Assembly (NCBI GenBank): GCA_030682405.1
Contig: JAUXOF010000038.1
Span: forward strand, 1,044 to 65,043
Origin: Thermodesulfovibrionales bacterium
GTDB lineage: Bacteria > Nitrospirota > Thermodesulfovibrionia > Thermodesulfovibrionales > JdFR-86
DNA: 64,000 bases
Direction: 5' to 3'
Shown: in pieces, positions 1-9,115 of the stretch
How the letters are laid out: each line of letters begins with the position of its first letter
Position numbering within the stretch: the first letter of the stretch is position 1
Position numbers and translations under genes: made by a program
Notes under the pieces: model-generated
The model's database searches: none
The model's input: the letters and a program-made list of their open reading frames with translations, nothing else
What the model was told of the DNA's origin: nothing

Positions 1-532
1 GGCAATGGCAAGGGAGTTCGGGCTTCCCGCATCGGAGAGGCCTGAAAGCCAGGAGATATGCTTTGTGGGAGAGGGCAGGTACGCTTCGTTCATAGGAAGC
101 CTTGCGCCCGGAAAGGAAGGCCCAATCCTTGATATGAAAGGTAATGAAATAGGAAAGCACCACGGCATCCACCTCTATACCATAGGCCAGAGAAAGGGGC
201 TTGGGATATCATCTCCCCATCCTCTTTTTGTGGTAAAGATAGACCCTAAGAAAAACGCTGTTTATGCCGGGACTAAGGAGATGGCATTCCGCAGGGAGTT
301 TCCAGTCGGCAGCCTCAACCGGCTTATCCCCCAAAAAAAGGACTTCAGGGCAGGGGTAAAGGTGCGCTCCATGATGAAGGATGAGCCGGCCACGGTATAC
401 GCCCTTGATAACGGAAAAGTAAAAGTGGTCTATGACGAGCCCCAGTGGGCGCCTGCGCCCGGGCAGTCGGCGGTTTTTTATGACGGGGATATCGTGATAG
501 GCGGAGGGGTGATAGAGGAAATTATGGAATAA
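1..532 (+). CDS. mnmA: tRNA 2-thiouridine(34) synthase MnmA, C-terminal portion (5' end outside window)
   Basis: The ORF 5..532 translation contains the ESQEICFV segment and the C-terminal barrel region typical of MnmA/TrmU. The frame is open to the window edge. Confidence 0.8.
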   Translation, partial: AMAREFGLPASERPESQEICFVGEGRYASFIGSLAPGKEGPILDMKGNEIGKHHGIHLYTIGQRKGLGISSPHPLFVVKIDPKKNAVYAGTKEMAFRREFPVGSLNRLIPQKKDFRAGVKVRSMMKDEPATVYALDNGKVKVVYDEPQWAPAPGQSAVFYDGDIVIGGGVIEEIME

Positions 533-535
533 AAA

Positions 536-557
536 GGGAGGGACTAAAGTCCCTCCC
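536..557. terminator. Hairpin between convergent mnmA and cytochrome genes (bidirectional terminator candidate)
   Basis: gggagggac-taaa-gtccctccc forms a perfect 9-bp stem. The A5 run on its left gives a U-tract for the minus-strand transcript. The plus-strand side has only a weak T tract. Confidence 0.55.
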
Positions 558-573
558 TTCCATCAGACAGAGA

Positions 574-1800
574 TTATCTCCTTACCTGTGTATGCTCGGC
601 CCTCAGCTTCTGCGCCTCGTCCTTTATCTTCTGAAGGGTCTCCTTCATCGGCGCCCAGCCGTACCAGTGCATATAGTCGGGGTTTGAGTGAAATGCGCCC
701 TGAAATGCCCTCATCCTATACTCAAGGAACATCACATAGAGGTCCTGCTCTATGGCGCTCCTTGCCTCGTAGAACTGAAGGAGGTCAGGAGCAAAAGTCC
801 ATCCAAGGGGTTTTCTGAGTATGCCGTCGGCATACAAGTCCTGCACCACCCTTATGGCCTCGGCCATTAGCTTGTCTACGTCCTTTATCACCATGTCGGC
901 TGCAGAAAGTTGTGCCTTTGCATAGGAGTCGCCGTGGCACTGGCCGCATACCTTGACCATCTTGTCCCTTTGCGTTTGGAACTCCTCTTTCGTAAGCCTT
1001 GCGACCTTCCCTGCCTTTACCACATCGAGCCTTGCCGTTGGGCTGCCCTTTTCGTCAAGCACACCCAATGCCTGAAGAATAGTCACCCTGTCGGTGAGCC
1101 AGTCCTTGTCGTCCTCAGGAAGCCTCAGGGCAAGGAACCCCCATGCGGTCATAACCCCGTGGTCTCCGTCAGGCATGTGGCATGTCTGGCATGTGGGCGC
1201 CCTTTTTGAGCCCTGCCCCTCTATCTGCCATATCGTGCCGTGCTTTGACGTTGACCACATCTCCCACTGCGGGTGGTCAAACCCCATATGGCAGGTCTGG
1301 CATGCCCTCGGGTCAAGGGCCTCGGACTTCTTAAATGAGTGCCTTGTGTGGCAGGAGTCGCACTGCGCGTTGCCGTAGCGGTAAGCTGCCGCCTCCCCGG
1401 CCTTTGTGCCTATCTTGTGGCACCCTGAGCACCCCTTGTATCCCCCGCCTACCACAGCCGGAGGCTGATGCGCCCACATGGGCATTGCGCTTGAGGCAAC
1501 CCATGCAAGGTTGTGCTTTCCAGCCTTAAACTGTTCGACCTTGTTTTTGTGGCACGGCGCGCATGTCTCTGGCGTGGGCATCTTTGCAAGGGCCGCATCA
1601 TCAGCCTTGTTATGGGCGTTGCCGTGGCAGCCTGAGCAGTCAAGCACCTTTGACATCTTACCCTCAAAATACTGCTTTACAACACCGGGGGTCGTCTTCT
1701 TATGGCATTCGATGCATGAGCTTTTCTTTGCTGCCGCAAAGCCCGCGCTTGACAGGGCAAAGACAAAAGCGATTGATAGTAAAACCCTCAGATACTTCAT
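574..1800 (-). CDS. Secreted octahaem c-type cytochrome, hydroxylamine-oxidoreductase (HAO) family-like
   Basis: Eight CxxCH motifs (CIECH, CSGCH, CAPCH, CSGCH, CDSCH, CQTCH, CQTCH, CGQCH). N-terminal signal peptide MKYLRVLLSIAFVFALSSAGFAA. Start moved to the ATG at 1800, which lies 5 nt after a GGAGGAG Shine-Dalgarno. Confidence 0.75.
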   Translation of the reverse strand: MKYLRVLLSIAFVFALSSAGFAAAKKSSCIECHKKTTPGVVKQYFEGKMSKVLDCSGCHGNAHNKADDAALAKMPTPETCAPCHKNKVEQFKAGKHNLAWVASSAMPMWAHQPPAVVGGGYKGCSGCHKIGTKAGEAAAYRYGNAQCDSCHTRHSFKKSEALDPRACQTCHMGFDHPQWEMWSTSKHGTIWQIEGQGSKRAPTCQTCHMPDGDHGVMTAWGFLALRLPEDDKDWLTDRVTILQALGVLDEKGSPTARLDVVKAGKVARLTKEEFQTQRDKMVKVCGQCHGDSYAKAQLSAADMVIKDVDKLMAEAIRVVQDLYADGILRKPLGWTFAPDLLQFYEARSAIEQDLYVMFLEYRMRAFQGAFHSNPDYMHWYGWAPMKETLQKIKDEAQKLRAEHTQVRR

Positions 1801-1980
1801 CATCTCCTCCTCTTCCAAAAACATTTAAGATACACCCTCCAACCTGTTCCTCTGACCTGTTTGTCTGGCTTCCCACCTCCTTTTCCGCCGGAAGCCCTCC
1901 CCTGTAATTTCAATCATAGGGGAATCGCCGGATTTTTCAAGGGGGCAACTCCCCCATCCGATAAAAAGGCAGCGCCCACG

Positions 1981-1996
1981 TGTGATAAGAGTCTCA
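1981..1996. promoter_or_regulatory. CRP/FNR-family-type palindrome in the divergent intergenic region
   Basis: TGTGATAAGAGTCTCA has one mismatch to TGTGA-N6-TCACA. It lies between the cytochrome gene (-) and the flavoprotein gene (+). Confidence 0.35.
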
Positions 1997-2120
1997 TAGC
2001 GAATAGGTTAACCGAAAGCTGAAAGAGAGGCTATGATATGAATCATAAACTAAATCCAATATTACATTTAGATGGCCTGAATGCGTTTAAACCATTATAA
2101 TCTTTAATGGAGGGCTGTTT

Positions 2121-3326
2121 ATGAACTATCTCATAATCGGAAACGGGGTTGCCGGCACTGAGGCAGCGGCCAATATAAGAAAGATGGACGGGGAAGGGAA
2201 AATAACCATCGTCACAAAAGAGGCATACCCCTTTTACAGCAGGATACGGCTTATAGACTTCCTCTCCGAAGGGGTGGATGAAAAAGGACTGGCAATAAAA
2301 AATGACGGGTGGTATGAGGAAAATAAAATAGAGCTTATTCTGAACGCCGAGGTGACGGACATTGATTACGAAAAAAAAGCGGTCATCCTCTCGTCAGGCC
2401 GGAGGATGAGGTTCGACCGCCTCCTTCTATCAATGGGAAGCGTATGCTACGTCCCGCCCATCCCCGGAGTTGAAAAGCCCGGTGTTTTCACATTAAGAAC
2501 ACTGAAGGATGCAATAGCGATAAGGGAGTATGCGCGGACAAACCGGCGACTCCTGCTCATAGGGGGCGGGGTCTTGGGCCTTGAGGCAGGCAACGCCCTG
2601 AGGAAGACCGGGAGTTCGGTCACTGTCGTAGAGTATTTCCCCCGGCTTCTTCCGAGACAGATGGACAATGAAGGCGCCGCAATGCTCAGGGCGCAGATGG
2701 AGGCCATGGGGTTTAAGTTCCATCTCGGGGTAAAATCCAAGGAAATACTCGGAGACGGCCATGCCGGGGCCCTTATGCTTGAGGACGGAAGGCGCATAGA
2801 CTGCGACATGATAATCGTCTCGGCAGGCGTAAGGCCGGATACGGCATGCGCCGGAAGCCTCAAGCTTAATGTCGGCAAAGGGATTGTGGTCAACGACAGG
2901 ATGGAAACCGGGCTGCCCGACGTATATGCGGCAGGGGATGTCGCAGAGCACAGGGGAGTATGCTACGGCATATGGCCTGCGGCTCAGGAGCAGGGCAAGG
3001 CGGCAGGGATAAACATGGCGGGCGGCACTGCATTTTACGAAGGAACTGTCATGTCCAACAGGCTCAAGGCGGCGGGCATAGACCTCGTCTCGGCAGGGGA
3101 CATAGACCCGGAGGGCAAAAGCGAATCCATAGTCTCAAAAGACCCTGTAAATTACATATACAAAAAACTGGTCATAAAAGACAACATTATTGCCGGCGCA
3201 ATCCTTCTTGGCGACACAAAAGACCGGGCAAAAATCATTAAAACCATGGAGGATAAAACGGATATAAGCCCTATGCGCAAAGGGCTTGAGAACTGGAACC
3301 TTGAAGCCCTTGAGGGCGTCCGGTAA
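2121..3326 (+). CDS. NAD(P)/FAD-dependent pyridine nucleotide-disulfide oxidoreductase (NirB N-terminal / rubredoxin-reductase-like)
   Basis: N-terminal GxGxxG (IIGNGVAGTEAA), a second dinucleotide fold (LIGGGVLGLEAG) and an AAGDVAE FAD motif. No sirohaem or Fe-S domain is present. Confidence 0.7.
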   Translation: MNYLIIGNGVAGTEAAANIRKMDGEGKITIVTKEAYPFYSRIRLIDFLSEGVDEKGLAIKNDGWYEENKIELILNAEVTDIDYEKKAVILSSGRRMRFDRLLLSMGSVCYVPPIPGVEKPGVFTLRTLKDAIAIREYARTNRRLLLIGGGVLGLEAGNALRKTGSSVTVVEYFPRLLPRQMDNEGAAMLRAQMEAMGFKFHLGVKSKEILGDGHAGALMLEDGRRIDCDMIIVSAGVRPDTACAGSLKLNVGKGIVVNDRMETGLPDVYAAGDVAEHRGVCYGIWPAAQEQGKAAGINMAGGTAFYEGTVMSNRLKAAGIDLVSAGDIDPEGKSESIVSKDPVNYIYKKLVIKDNIIAGAILLGDTKDRAKIIKTMEDKTDISPMRKGLENWNLEALEGVR

Positions 3327-3377
3327 AGTTGACAGAGGGGACTGTTAAAGGTTATCTTACAGTTTATTATGAATTGC

Positions 3378-3450
3378 GGGCCGCTAGCTCAGTTGGTAGA
3401 GCAACGCCCTTTTAAGGCGTGGGTCGTTGGTTCGAATCCAACGCGGCTCA
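3378..3450 (+). tRNA. tRNA-Lys (anticodon UUU)
   Basis: Cloverleaf folded by hand: acceptor GGGCCGC/GCGGCTC, D arm GCTC..GAGC, anticodon stem ACGCC/GGCGT with loop CTTTTAA, T arm GTTGG-TTCGAAT-CCAAC, discriminator A. No encoded CCA. Confidence 0.9.
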
Positions 3451-3466
3451 TATGAAATTAAACCTT

Positions 3467-3544
3467 GTCCCCATCGTCTAGTCCGGCCTAGGACATCGCC
3501 CTTTCAAGGCGGTAACATGGGTTCGAATCCCATTGGGGACGCCA
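3467..3544 (+). tRNA. tRNA-Glu (anticodon UUC), CCA encoded
   Basis: Acceptor GTCCCCA/TGGGGAC, anticodon stem TCGCC/GGCGG with loop CTTTCAA, T arm ATGGG-TTCGAAT-CCCAT, then G and CCA. Confidence 0.9.
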
Positions 3545-3554
3545 ATGAAAATCA

Positions 3555-3586
3555 GGGGGTTGCGGCAAGCGGCCCCTTTTCTTTTT
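3555..3586 (+). terminator. Rho-independent terminator after the tRNA pair
   Basis: ggggttgc-ggcaa-gcggcccc stem-loop (8 bp including 2 G-U pairs) followed by ttttcttttt. Confidence 0.55.
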
Positions 3587-3636
3587 CCTCCGGTTGCAGC
3601 AGAATTGTAGCAGTCCCCTTTCCCGTGGAAATTTTG

Positions 3637-3668
3637 TATAATTGTGCAGTGTTTTCAGCGCTGAAAAC
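3637..3668 (+). promoter_or_regulatory. TATAAT box followed by an 18-bp perfect palindrome just upstream of the mod RBS
   Basis: TATAAT at 3637-3642 with no good -35. gttttcagcgctgaaaac (3651-3668) is perfectly self-complementary and ends 15 nt before the mod ATG. Confidence 0.3.
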
Positions 3669-3682
3669 CGAAGAGGATATTT

Positions 3683-5869
3683 ATGGCACGACTGACGGAA
3701 CAGGAACAACAGGAAATCATCCGATACCTTGAGGCGGGCAAGCCGCTGCCGGACAATTACCGCTTTTTGCTGTTTGAGGAAAAGCGCGAGGTCGAGCTTG
3801 TCTGGAACGGCAAGTCGGGCGAGGTCTGTAACATCGTCCTGCCGTTTCAGGTTATAGAGCAGGTGGACGAGCCGCGCGAGGAAAAGGCAACTGCGCCGCT
3901 GGCGCTCGGACTCTTTGACACGGATGGTCGTGGCCGACAGCTCAAGGGCTGGACTAATAAACTCATCTGGGGCGACAACAAGTTGATTCTATCAAGCCTG
4001 AAAAACGGGCCGATGCGCGAGGAGATAGAGAAACAGGGAGGTATCAAGCTCATCTACATCGACCCGCCCTTTGACGTGGGCGCAGACTTCAGCATGGACA
4101 TAGAGATAGGCGACGACACCTTTACCAAGAAACCCAATGTGCTTGAGGAGATAGCGTACAGGGACACATGGGGCAAGGGCGCAGACTCATTCATCGCCAT
4201 GATATACGAACGGCTTGTGCTCATGCGCGACCTGCTCGCCGAGGATGGGAGTATTTATGTGCATTGCGATTGGAGAGTAAATAGCTATCTTCGACTGATA
4301 CTGGATGAGATTTTTGGAAAAGATAATTTTCGAAATGATATTATTTGGTATTACCGTAGATGGACTGCTGGTAGTAACGCATATCAACGGATGCATGATA
4401 TTATATTTTTTTATTCAAAAGGACAACATTTTGAGTTGAACCCTGTATTTGTAGAAACAACCGAAGGGCAAAAATTAAAGCATGAAAAAGGGTGGGATAG
4501 AAACTCTGTCCTGATTGGCGGGAAGAGACAACCACAATTATTAGTATATGACCAAAATAAAGTTGATTGGGCTATAAAAGAAGGGCGTATAAATCCAAAC
4601 GAATATGCTCGTATCGTTAAGGTAAACACAGGAGAAACTATTGCTCCGGATGTCTGGGAAATAAATTTTATCAATTCTCAAGCAAAAGAAAGACTTGACT
4701 ACCCTACCCAGAAGCCTGAAGCCCTGCTTGAACGCATCATCAAAGCCTCTTCCAACGAAGGCGACCTTGTGGCTGATTTCTTCTGCGGTTCCGGCACGAC
4801 TGCATCTGTCGCTGAAAAGCTCGGCAGGAAGTGGATAGTAACCGACCTCGGAAAGTTCGCCGTACACACGACGCGCAAGCGGATGATCGGCGTCCATCGG
4901 CAATTGAAGGCCGCAGGAAAGAATTACCGCGCTTTCGAGCTATTGAACCTCGGCAAGTACGAACGCCAGCACTACATCGGCGTGAACCCTAACCTCCGGG
5001 ACGAGGAGAAACAAAAACAAATCGAGAAGAAGGCCGAAGAATTCGTTGAACTCATCCTCCGCGCATACCGCGCCGAAAAGACCGAGGGCTTTACGACCTT
5101 CCACGGCAAGAAGGCCGGTAGGCTCGTGGCCGTGGGGCCGGTGAACCTGCCTGTAACCCGCCTCTTTGTTGAAGAGGTAATTTTGGAATGCCGCAAAAAG
5201 CACATTACCAAGGTGGATATCTTAGGCTTCGAGTTCGAGATGGGCCTGTTCCCCAATGTGCTCGACGACGCCAAGGCGAAGGGCATAGACATTGCCCCCA
5301 AGTATATTCCCGCAGAGGTCTTTGACAAACGCGCGGTCGAGAAGAATCAGGTGGTATTCCACGACGTATCGTTTATCGAGGTCACGCCGCACGTCAAGGG
5401 CAATAATGTCTCAGTTGAACTGACCGATTATTCCGTATTTTACTCACAGGATTCCATAGCCGCCGCTGAGGCATCTCTAAAGGACAAAGGAAGCAAGGTC
5501 GTTGTCGAGAAGGGCCAAATCGTAAAGGTGAGCAAAGACAAAAACGGCATCGTCAAGCGCGAGGTGCTCACCAAGAAGTGGACTGACTGGGTGGACTACT
5601 GGGCAGTGGACTTCGACTTCGAGAGCAAGCGGGAGATAATCCGCATCCAGAACGCCGAGAGCGGCGAGTGGGAAGAGGTCTGGACGGGAGACTATATCTT
5701 TGAGAACGAGTGGCAGTCCTTCCGCACGAAGAAAGACCGTTCGCTCGAACTTAAAAGCTCCACACAGGAATGCCCGCCCGGACGGCGCAAGATAGCGGTG
5801 AAGGTTGTGGACATATTCGGAAACGACACGATGAAAATAATCGAGGTTAATGTCGGGGGCAAAAAGTAA
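3683..5869 (+). CDS. mod: Type III restriction-modification system methyltransferase (Mod), beta-class N6/N4 MTase
   Basis: Motif [12 protein letters not shown] precedes motif [21 protein letters not shown] (beta-class order), with [14 protein letters not shown] between them. The stop overlaps the res start (TAATG). Confidence 0.85.
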   Translation: MARLTEQEQQEIIRYLEAGKPLPDNYRFLLFEEKREVELVWNGKSGEVCNIVLPFQVIEQVDEPREEKATAPLALGLFDTDGRGRQLKGWTNKLIWGDNKLILSSLKNGPMREEIEKQGGIKLIYIDPPFDVGADFSMDIEIGDDTFTKKPNVLEEIAYRDTWGKGADSFIAMIYERLVLMRDLLAEDGSIYVHCDWRVNSYLRLILDEIFGKDNFRNDIIWYYRRWTAGSNAYQRMHDIIFFYSKGQHFELNPVFVETTEGQKLKHEKGWDRNSVLIGGKRQPQLLVYDQNKVDWAIKEGRINPNEYARIVKVNTGETIAPDVWEINFINSQAKERLDYPTQKPEALLERIIKASSNEGDLVADFFCGSGTTASVAEKLGRKWIVTDLGKFAVHTTRKRMIGVHRQLKAAGKNYRAFELLNLGKYERQHYIGVNPNLRDEEKQKQIEKKAEEFVELILRAYRAEKTEGFTTFHGKKAGRLVAVGPVNLPVTRLFVEEVILECRKKHITKVDILGFEFEMGLFPNVLDDAKAKGIDIAPKYIPAEVFDKRAVEKNQVVFHDVSFIEVTPHVKGNNVSVELTDYSVFYSQDSIAAAEASLKDKGSKVVVEKGQIVKVSKDKNGIVKREVLTKKWTDWVDYWAVDFDFESKREIIRIQNAESGEWEEVWTGDYIFENEWQSFRTKKDRSLELKSSTQECPPGRRKIAVKVVDIFGNDTMKIIEVNVGGKK

Positions 5870-8559
5870 TGGGCTTGCACAGGGACTTCCCATCCTCCCC
5901 ACATGCAATATTAGACCCCTCGGTACGCTGGTTTCCGGCTGACGAAGCGCTAAGGACTACAAGTGCTGATAAACTTATGCCGCCCCTTGTGCCTGAGCTT
6001 CGCAAACAGGTGAAGGCATGGCGCGACGAGGGCTATGATGGCGCTACCGATACGAGCCGAAGCCTCCTTAACTGGTGGTTCGGCACACCCCACCTTCTGC
6101 CCAAGTTAGACGGCACTATGGAGGAGTTTCAGTATTATTTCGCACAGCGCGAGGCGCTTGAGACTATTGTTTATCTTTATGACGTTGTAGGGGTGAAGGA
6201 CAAGTACGACATGATGCGCTTTGACGGCTCAGGGGCTGTCTCTACCGGGATGTTTGACGAGTCATGGCGGCGGTTCGTCGTGAAGATGGCTACAGGCACT
6301 GGCAAGACCAAGGTCATGAGCCTCGTGCTCGCGTGGAGCTATTTTCATAAACTCTACGAGCCTGAATCAGAGCTTGCACGTAATTTTCTGGTAATAGCGC
6401 CCAATATCATAGTGCTTGACCGAATATACAGGGACTTTAGGGGGTTACGCATTTTCTTTAAAGACCCTGTACTGCCGGATAACGGGGTTGACGGTCGGAA
6501 CTGGCGCGACGATTTCCAGTTTGTTACCCTGCATAAGCAGGACGAGGTTTGTATCACCCGTCCCGTGGGGAATATCTTTCTGACCAATATCCACCGCGTC
6601 TATGCAGGGGATGACATCCCGCCCTCGGCAGACGACGAGGATACGATGGATTACTTCCTCGGCAAGCGACCCACCGGGGCGACCACTGATTCCAAGGTTG
6701 ACCTCGGCATGATAGTGCGCGATATTGACGAGCTTGTCGTCTTAAACGACGAGGCGCACCATATCCACGACAACCGCCTTGCGTGGTTTAAGTCCATCGA
6801 GGACATACATAACCGCTTGAAGCAGAAGGGCGACGCACTTTCGCTTCAGGTGGACGTAACCGCTACTCCAAAGCACAATAACGGGGCTATCTTCGTGCAG
6901 ACCGTGGCCGATTACCCCCTTGTTGAAGCCATATCCCAAAACGTGGTCAAGCACCCTGTACTACCCGATGCCGCAAGCAGAGCAAAGCTCGTGGAGCAAC
7001 AGAGCGCAAAGTATACGGAGAAGTATGCCGACTACCTTCATCTGGGCGTGCTTGAGTGGCGCAAAGCGTATGCGGAACACGAGAAGGTGGGGAAGAAGGC
7101 AATACTGTTTGTCATGACCGATGACACCAAAAACTGCGATGACGTGGCCGCATATCTCGAATCGACATATCAGGAACTTAAGGACGCGGTTTTGGTCATT
7201 CATACGAACGATAACGGAGAGATATCCGAATCCACACAGAAGAAAAAAAAGGAAGAGTTGGACAAGCTGCGAAAGCAGGCTAATGAAATTGACGGAGAGG
7301 AAAGTCCCTATAAAGCCATTGTCTCGGTTATCATGCTTAAAGAGGGCTGGGATGTCCGCAATGTCACGACCATCGTGGGCCTTCGGCCCTATACCGCGAA
7401 AAGCAATATCCTGCCTGAGCAGACCCTTGGACGCGGATTGCGCAAAATGTATCCCAGCGGCATAGAGGAATACGTAAGCGTCGTTGGGACAAACGCCTTT
7501 ATGGATTTTGTGGAGTCCATACAAGCCGAAGGGGTCGTGCTGGAGCGCAAACCCATGGGGGAAGGCACGAAACCCCTTACCCCTCTGGTCGTGGAAATCG
7601 ATAAGGAAAACAAGAGCAAGAACATCGACGCCCTTGATATCGAAATCCCTGTATTGTCTCCGAGGGTTTACCGCGAATATAAGAACTTGGGCGCTCTGGA
7701 TGTAAGCGCATTAGGGCACGCCAAGGTTCTCTATAAACAGTTCACGCAGGAAGAGCAACGGGAGATAGTGTTCAAGGATATTACGACCGGGGAAGTTACG
7801 CACACGACTATCCTTGATACCGCCGGAATCGCGGATTATAACAGCGTGATAGGGTATTTCTCACAGACCATAATGAAGGATCTGCGCTTGGTCAGCGGGT
7901 ATGACGTACTTTACGGTAAGGTGAAGAGCTTTGTGCAGAGGCATCTGTTTGACCGGCAGGTGGAACTTGAGGATGCAAATACTCTCAGAAATCTGTCCGA
8001 AGTGGCCGCCACCAAAACACTAATCGAAACGTTCAAAAGGGCGATAAATGCGTTGACCATCCAAGACAAAGGCGATGCCAAGATTCGAGACGTTATCAAA
8101 TTGAGGCAGACCCGCCCCTTTGTGACGAAGGATCAAGGTTACCTTATCCCGAAAAAGAGCGTTTTTAACAGGATTATAGGGGACAGTCACCTTGAGTTGC
8201 TGTTCGCGAAATTTCTGGAAGACTGCGATGATGTGGTTTCTTACGCCAAGAATTATTTCGCGGTAAATTTCAAGCTTGATTACGTAAATGCTGATGGAAA
8301 TATTTCAAACTATTATCCTGATTTTTTAGTCAAACTATCCGATAAAGAGATTTACATTGTAGAGACAAAGGGGCAGGAGGAATTGGATGTTCCTTTGAAG
8401 ATGCAACGGTTGCGGCAATGGTGCGAGGATATCAACCGGGTGCAGGCAGACGTTAAATACGACTTTGTTTACGTGGATCAGGAGGGTTTTGACAAATACA
8501 AGCCCACCTCATTCCGGCAATTGGTTGATGGCTTCAGGGAATACAAAGAGAAAGCATGA
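5869..8559 (+). CDS. res: Type III restriction enzyme Res subunit (SF2 helicase-like ATPase plus C-terminal PD-(D/E)xK nuclease)
   Basis: Walker A MATGTGKTKV, DEAH box LNDEAHH, helicase motif VI region QTLGRGLR, and a C-terminal YYPDFLV...IVETKG nuclease-like motif. Confidence 0.85.
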   Translation: MGLHRDFPSSPHAILDPSVRWFPADEALRTTSADKLMPPLVPELRKQVKAWRDEGYDGATDTSRSLLNWWFGTPHLLPKLDGTMEEFQYYFAQREALETIVYLYDVVGVKDKYDMMRFDGSGAVSTGMFDESWRRFVVKMATGTGKTKVMSLVLAWSYFHKLYEPESELARNFLVIAPNIIVLDRIYRDFRGLRIFFKDPVLPDNGVDGRNWRDDFQFVTLHKQDEVCITRPVGNIFLTNIHRVYAGDDIPPSADDEDTMDYFLGKRPTGATTDSKVDLGMIVRDIDELVVLNDEAHHIHDNRLAWFKSIEDIHNRLKQKGDALSLQVDVTATPKHNNGAIFVQTVADYPLVEAISQNVVKHPVLPDAASRAKLVEQQSAKYTEKYADYLHLGVLEWRKAYAEHEKVGKKAILFVMTDDTKNCDDVAAYLESTYQELKDAVLVIHTNDNGEISESTQKKKKEELDKLRKQANEIDGEESPYKAIVSVIMLKEGWDVRNVTTIVGLRPYTAKSNILPEQTLGRGLRKMYPSGIEEYVSVVGTNAFMDFVESIQAEGVVLERKPMGEGTKPLTPLVVEIDKENKSKNIDALDIEIPVLSPRVYREYKNLGALDVSALGHAKVLYKQFTQEEQREIVFKDITTGEVTHTTILDTAGIADYNSVIGYFSQTIMKDLRLVSGYDVLYGKVKSFVQRHLFDRQVELEDANTLRNLSEVAATKTLIETFKRAINALTIQDKGDAKIRDVIKLRQTRPFVTKDQGYLIPKKSVFNRIIGDSHLELLFAKFLEDCDDVVSYAKNYFAVNFKLDYVNADGNISNYYPDFLVKLSDKEIYIVETKGQEELDVPLKMQRLRQWCEDINRVQADVKYDFVYVDQEGFDKYKPTSFRQLVDGFREYKEKA

Positions 8560-8590
8560 GGCTACAATCCACATATGAAGCCCCCCTTAG

Positions 8591-8698
8591 CTTAGGGAAT
8601 GCTATGCCCTCTACGGCCTCACCCCTGAAGAGATTGAAATCGTGGAGGGGAAAAGGCAGTTGAAATGTGATGCCTATGGAAAACCTGTTATACTATAA
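8591..8698 (+). pseudogene. Orphan 3' gene tail (YALYGLTPEEIEIVEG...) of a lost methyltransferase/restriction-type gene
   Basis: A short frame open only from 8591 encodes LRECYALYGLTPEEIEIVEGKRQLKCDAYGKPVIL*. The LYGLTxEEIxIVE ending is typical of N6-MTase/Type IIG-like C-termini. No upstream body of the gene is present. Confidence 0.45.
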
Positions 8699-8726
8699 AT
8701 ATGACTTTTTAGGGAGGTGAACGCTG

Positions 8727-8927
8727 ATGAAAGTTAAAGCAACCTTCGTTAAAGACGGCGACTGGTGGGTAGCATGGACCGATGATGTCCCCGGTGCAAT
8801 GACGCAGGGAAAAACCTTAGAAGAAGCAAAGGAAAATCTCGTTGATGCCATAAAGGAGATGATGCAGCCCGTTGATATTTCCAAGCTGCCTGAAAGAGAA
8901 GTGGTGCTGGAAGAAATTGAAGTATGA
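8727..8927 (+). CDS. hicB: HicB-family antitoxin (short form, no DNA-binding domain)
   Basis: 66 aa, MKVKATFVKDGDWWVAWTDDVPGAMTQGKTLEEAKENLVDAI matches the HicB N-terminal fold signature. GGAGG RBS. The stop overlaps the next start. Confidence 0.75.
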   Translation: MKVKATFVKDGDWWVAWTDDVPGAMTQGKTLEEAKENLVDAIKEMMQPVDISKLPEREVVLEEIEV

Positions 8928-9115
8928 AGCGAAAAGAACTAATCAGGCACTTGGATCGGCATGGTTGTGTTCTTTTAAAAGAAGGGGCGAAACATACCAG
9001 ATACATAAACCTCGCCGAACCAAATCTCATCACAACTATACCGAGACATAATGAGATTGCAGACCTTTTGGCTATCAAGATTTGTAGACAACTTGGAATC
9101 CCTGACCCTAAGTAA
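8924..9115 (+). CDS. hicA: HicA-family mRNA interferase toxin
   Basis: 63 aa, KELIRHLDRHGCVLLKEGAKHTRY...IPRHNEI, a YcfA/HicA-like pattern with the conserved His. 4-nt overlap with hicB. Confidence 0.75.
   Translation: MKRKELIRHLDRHGCVLLKEGAKHTRYINLAEPNLITTIPRHNEIADLLAIKICRQLGIPDPK

Noticed and set aside
7243-7250. A8 homopolymer in res as a phase-variation switch.
   Set aside because: Eight A residues is short for efficient slippage. The tract simply encodes KKK in a charged linker (QKKKKEE), and the gene is intact in frame.
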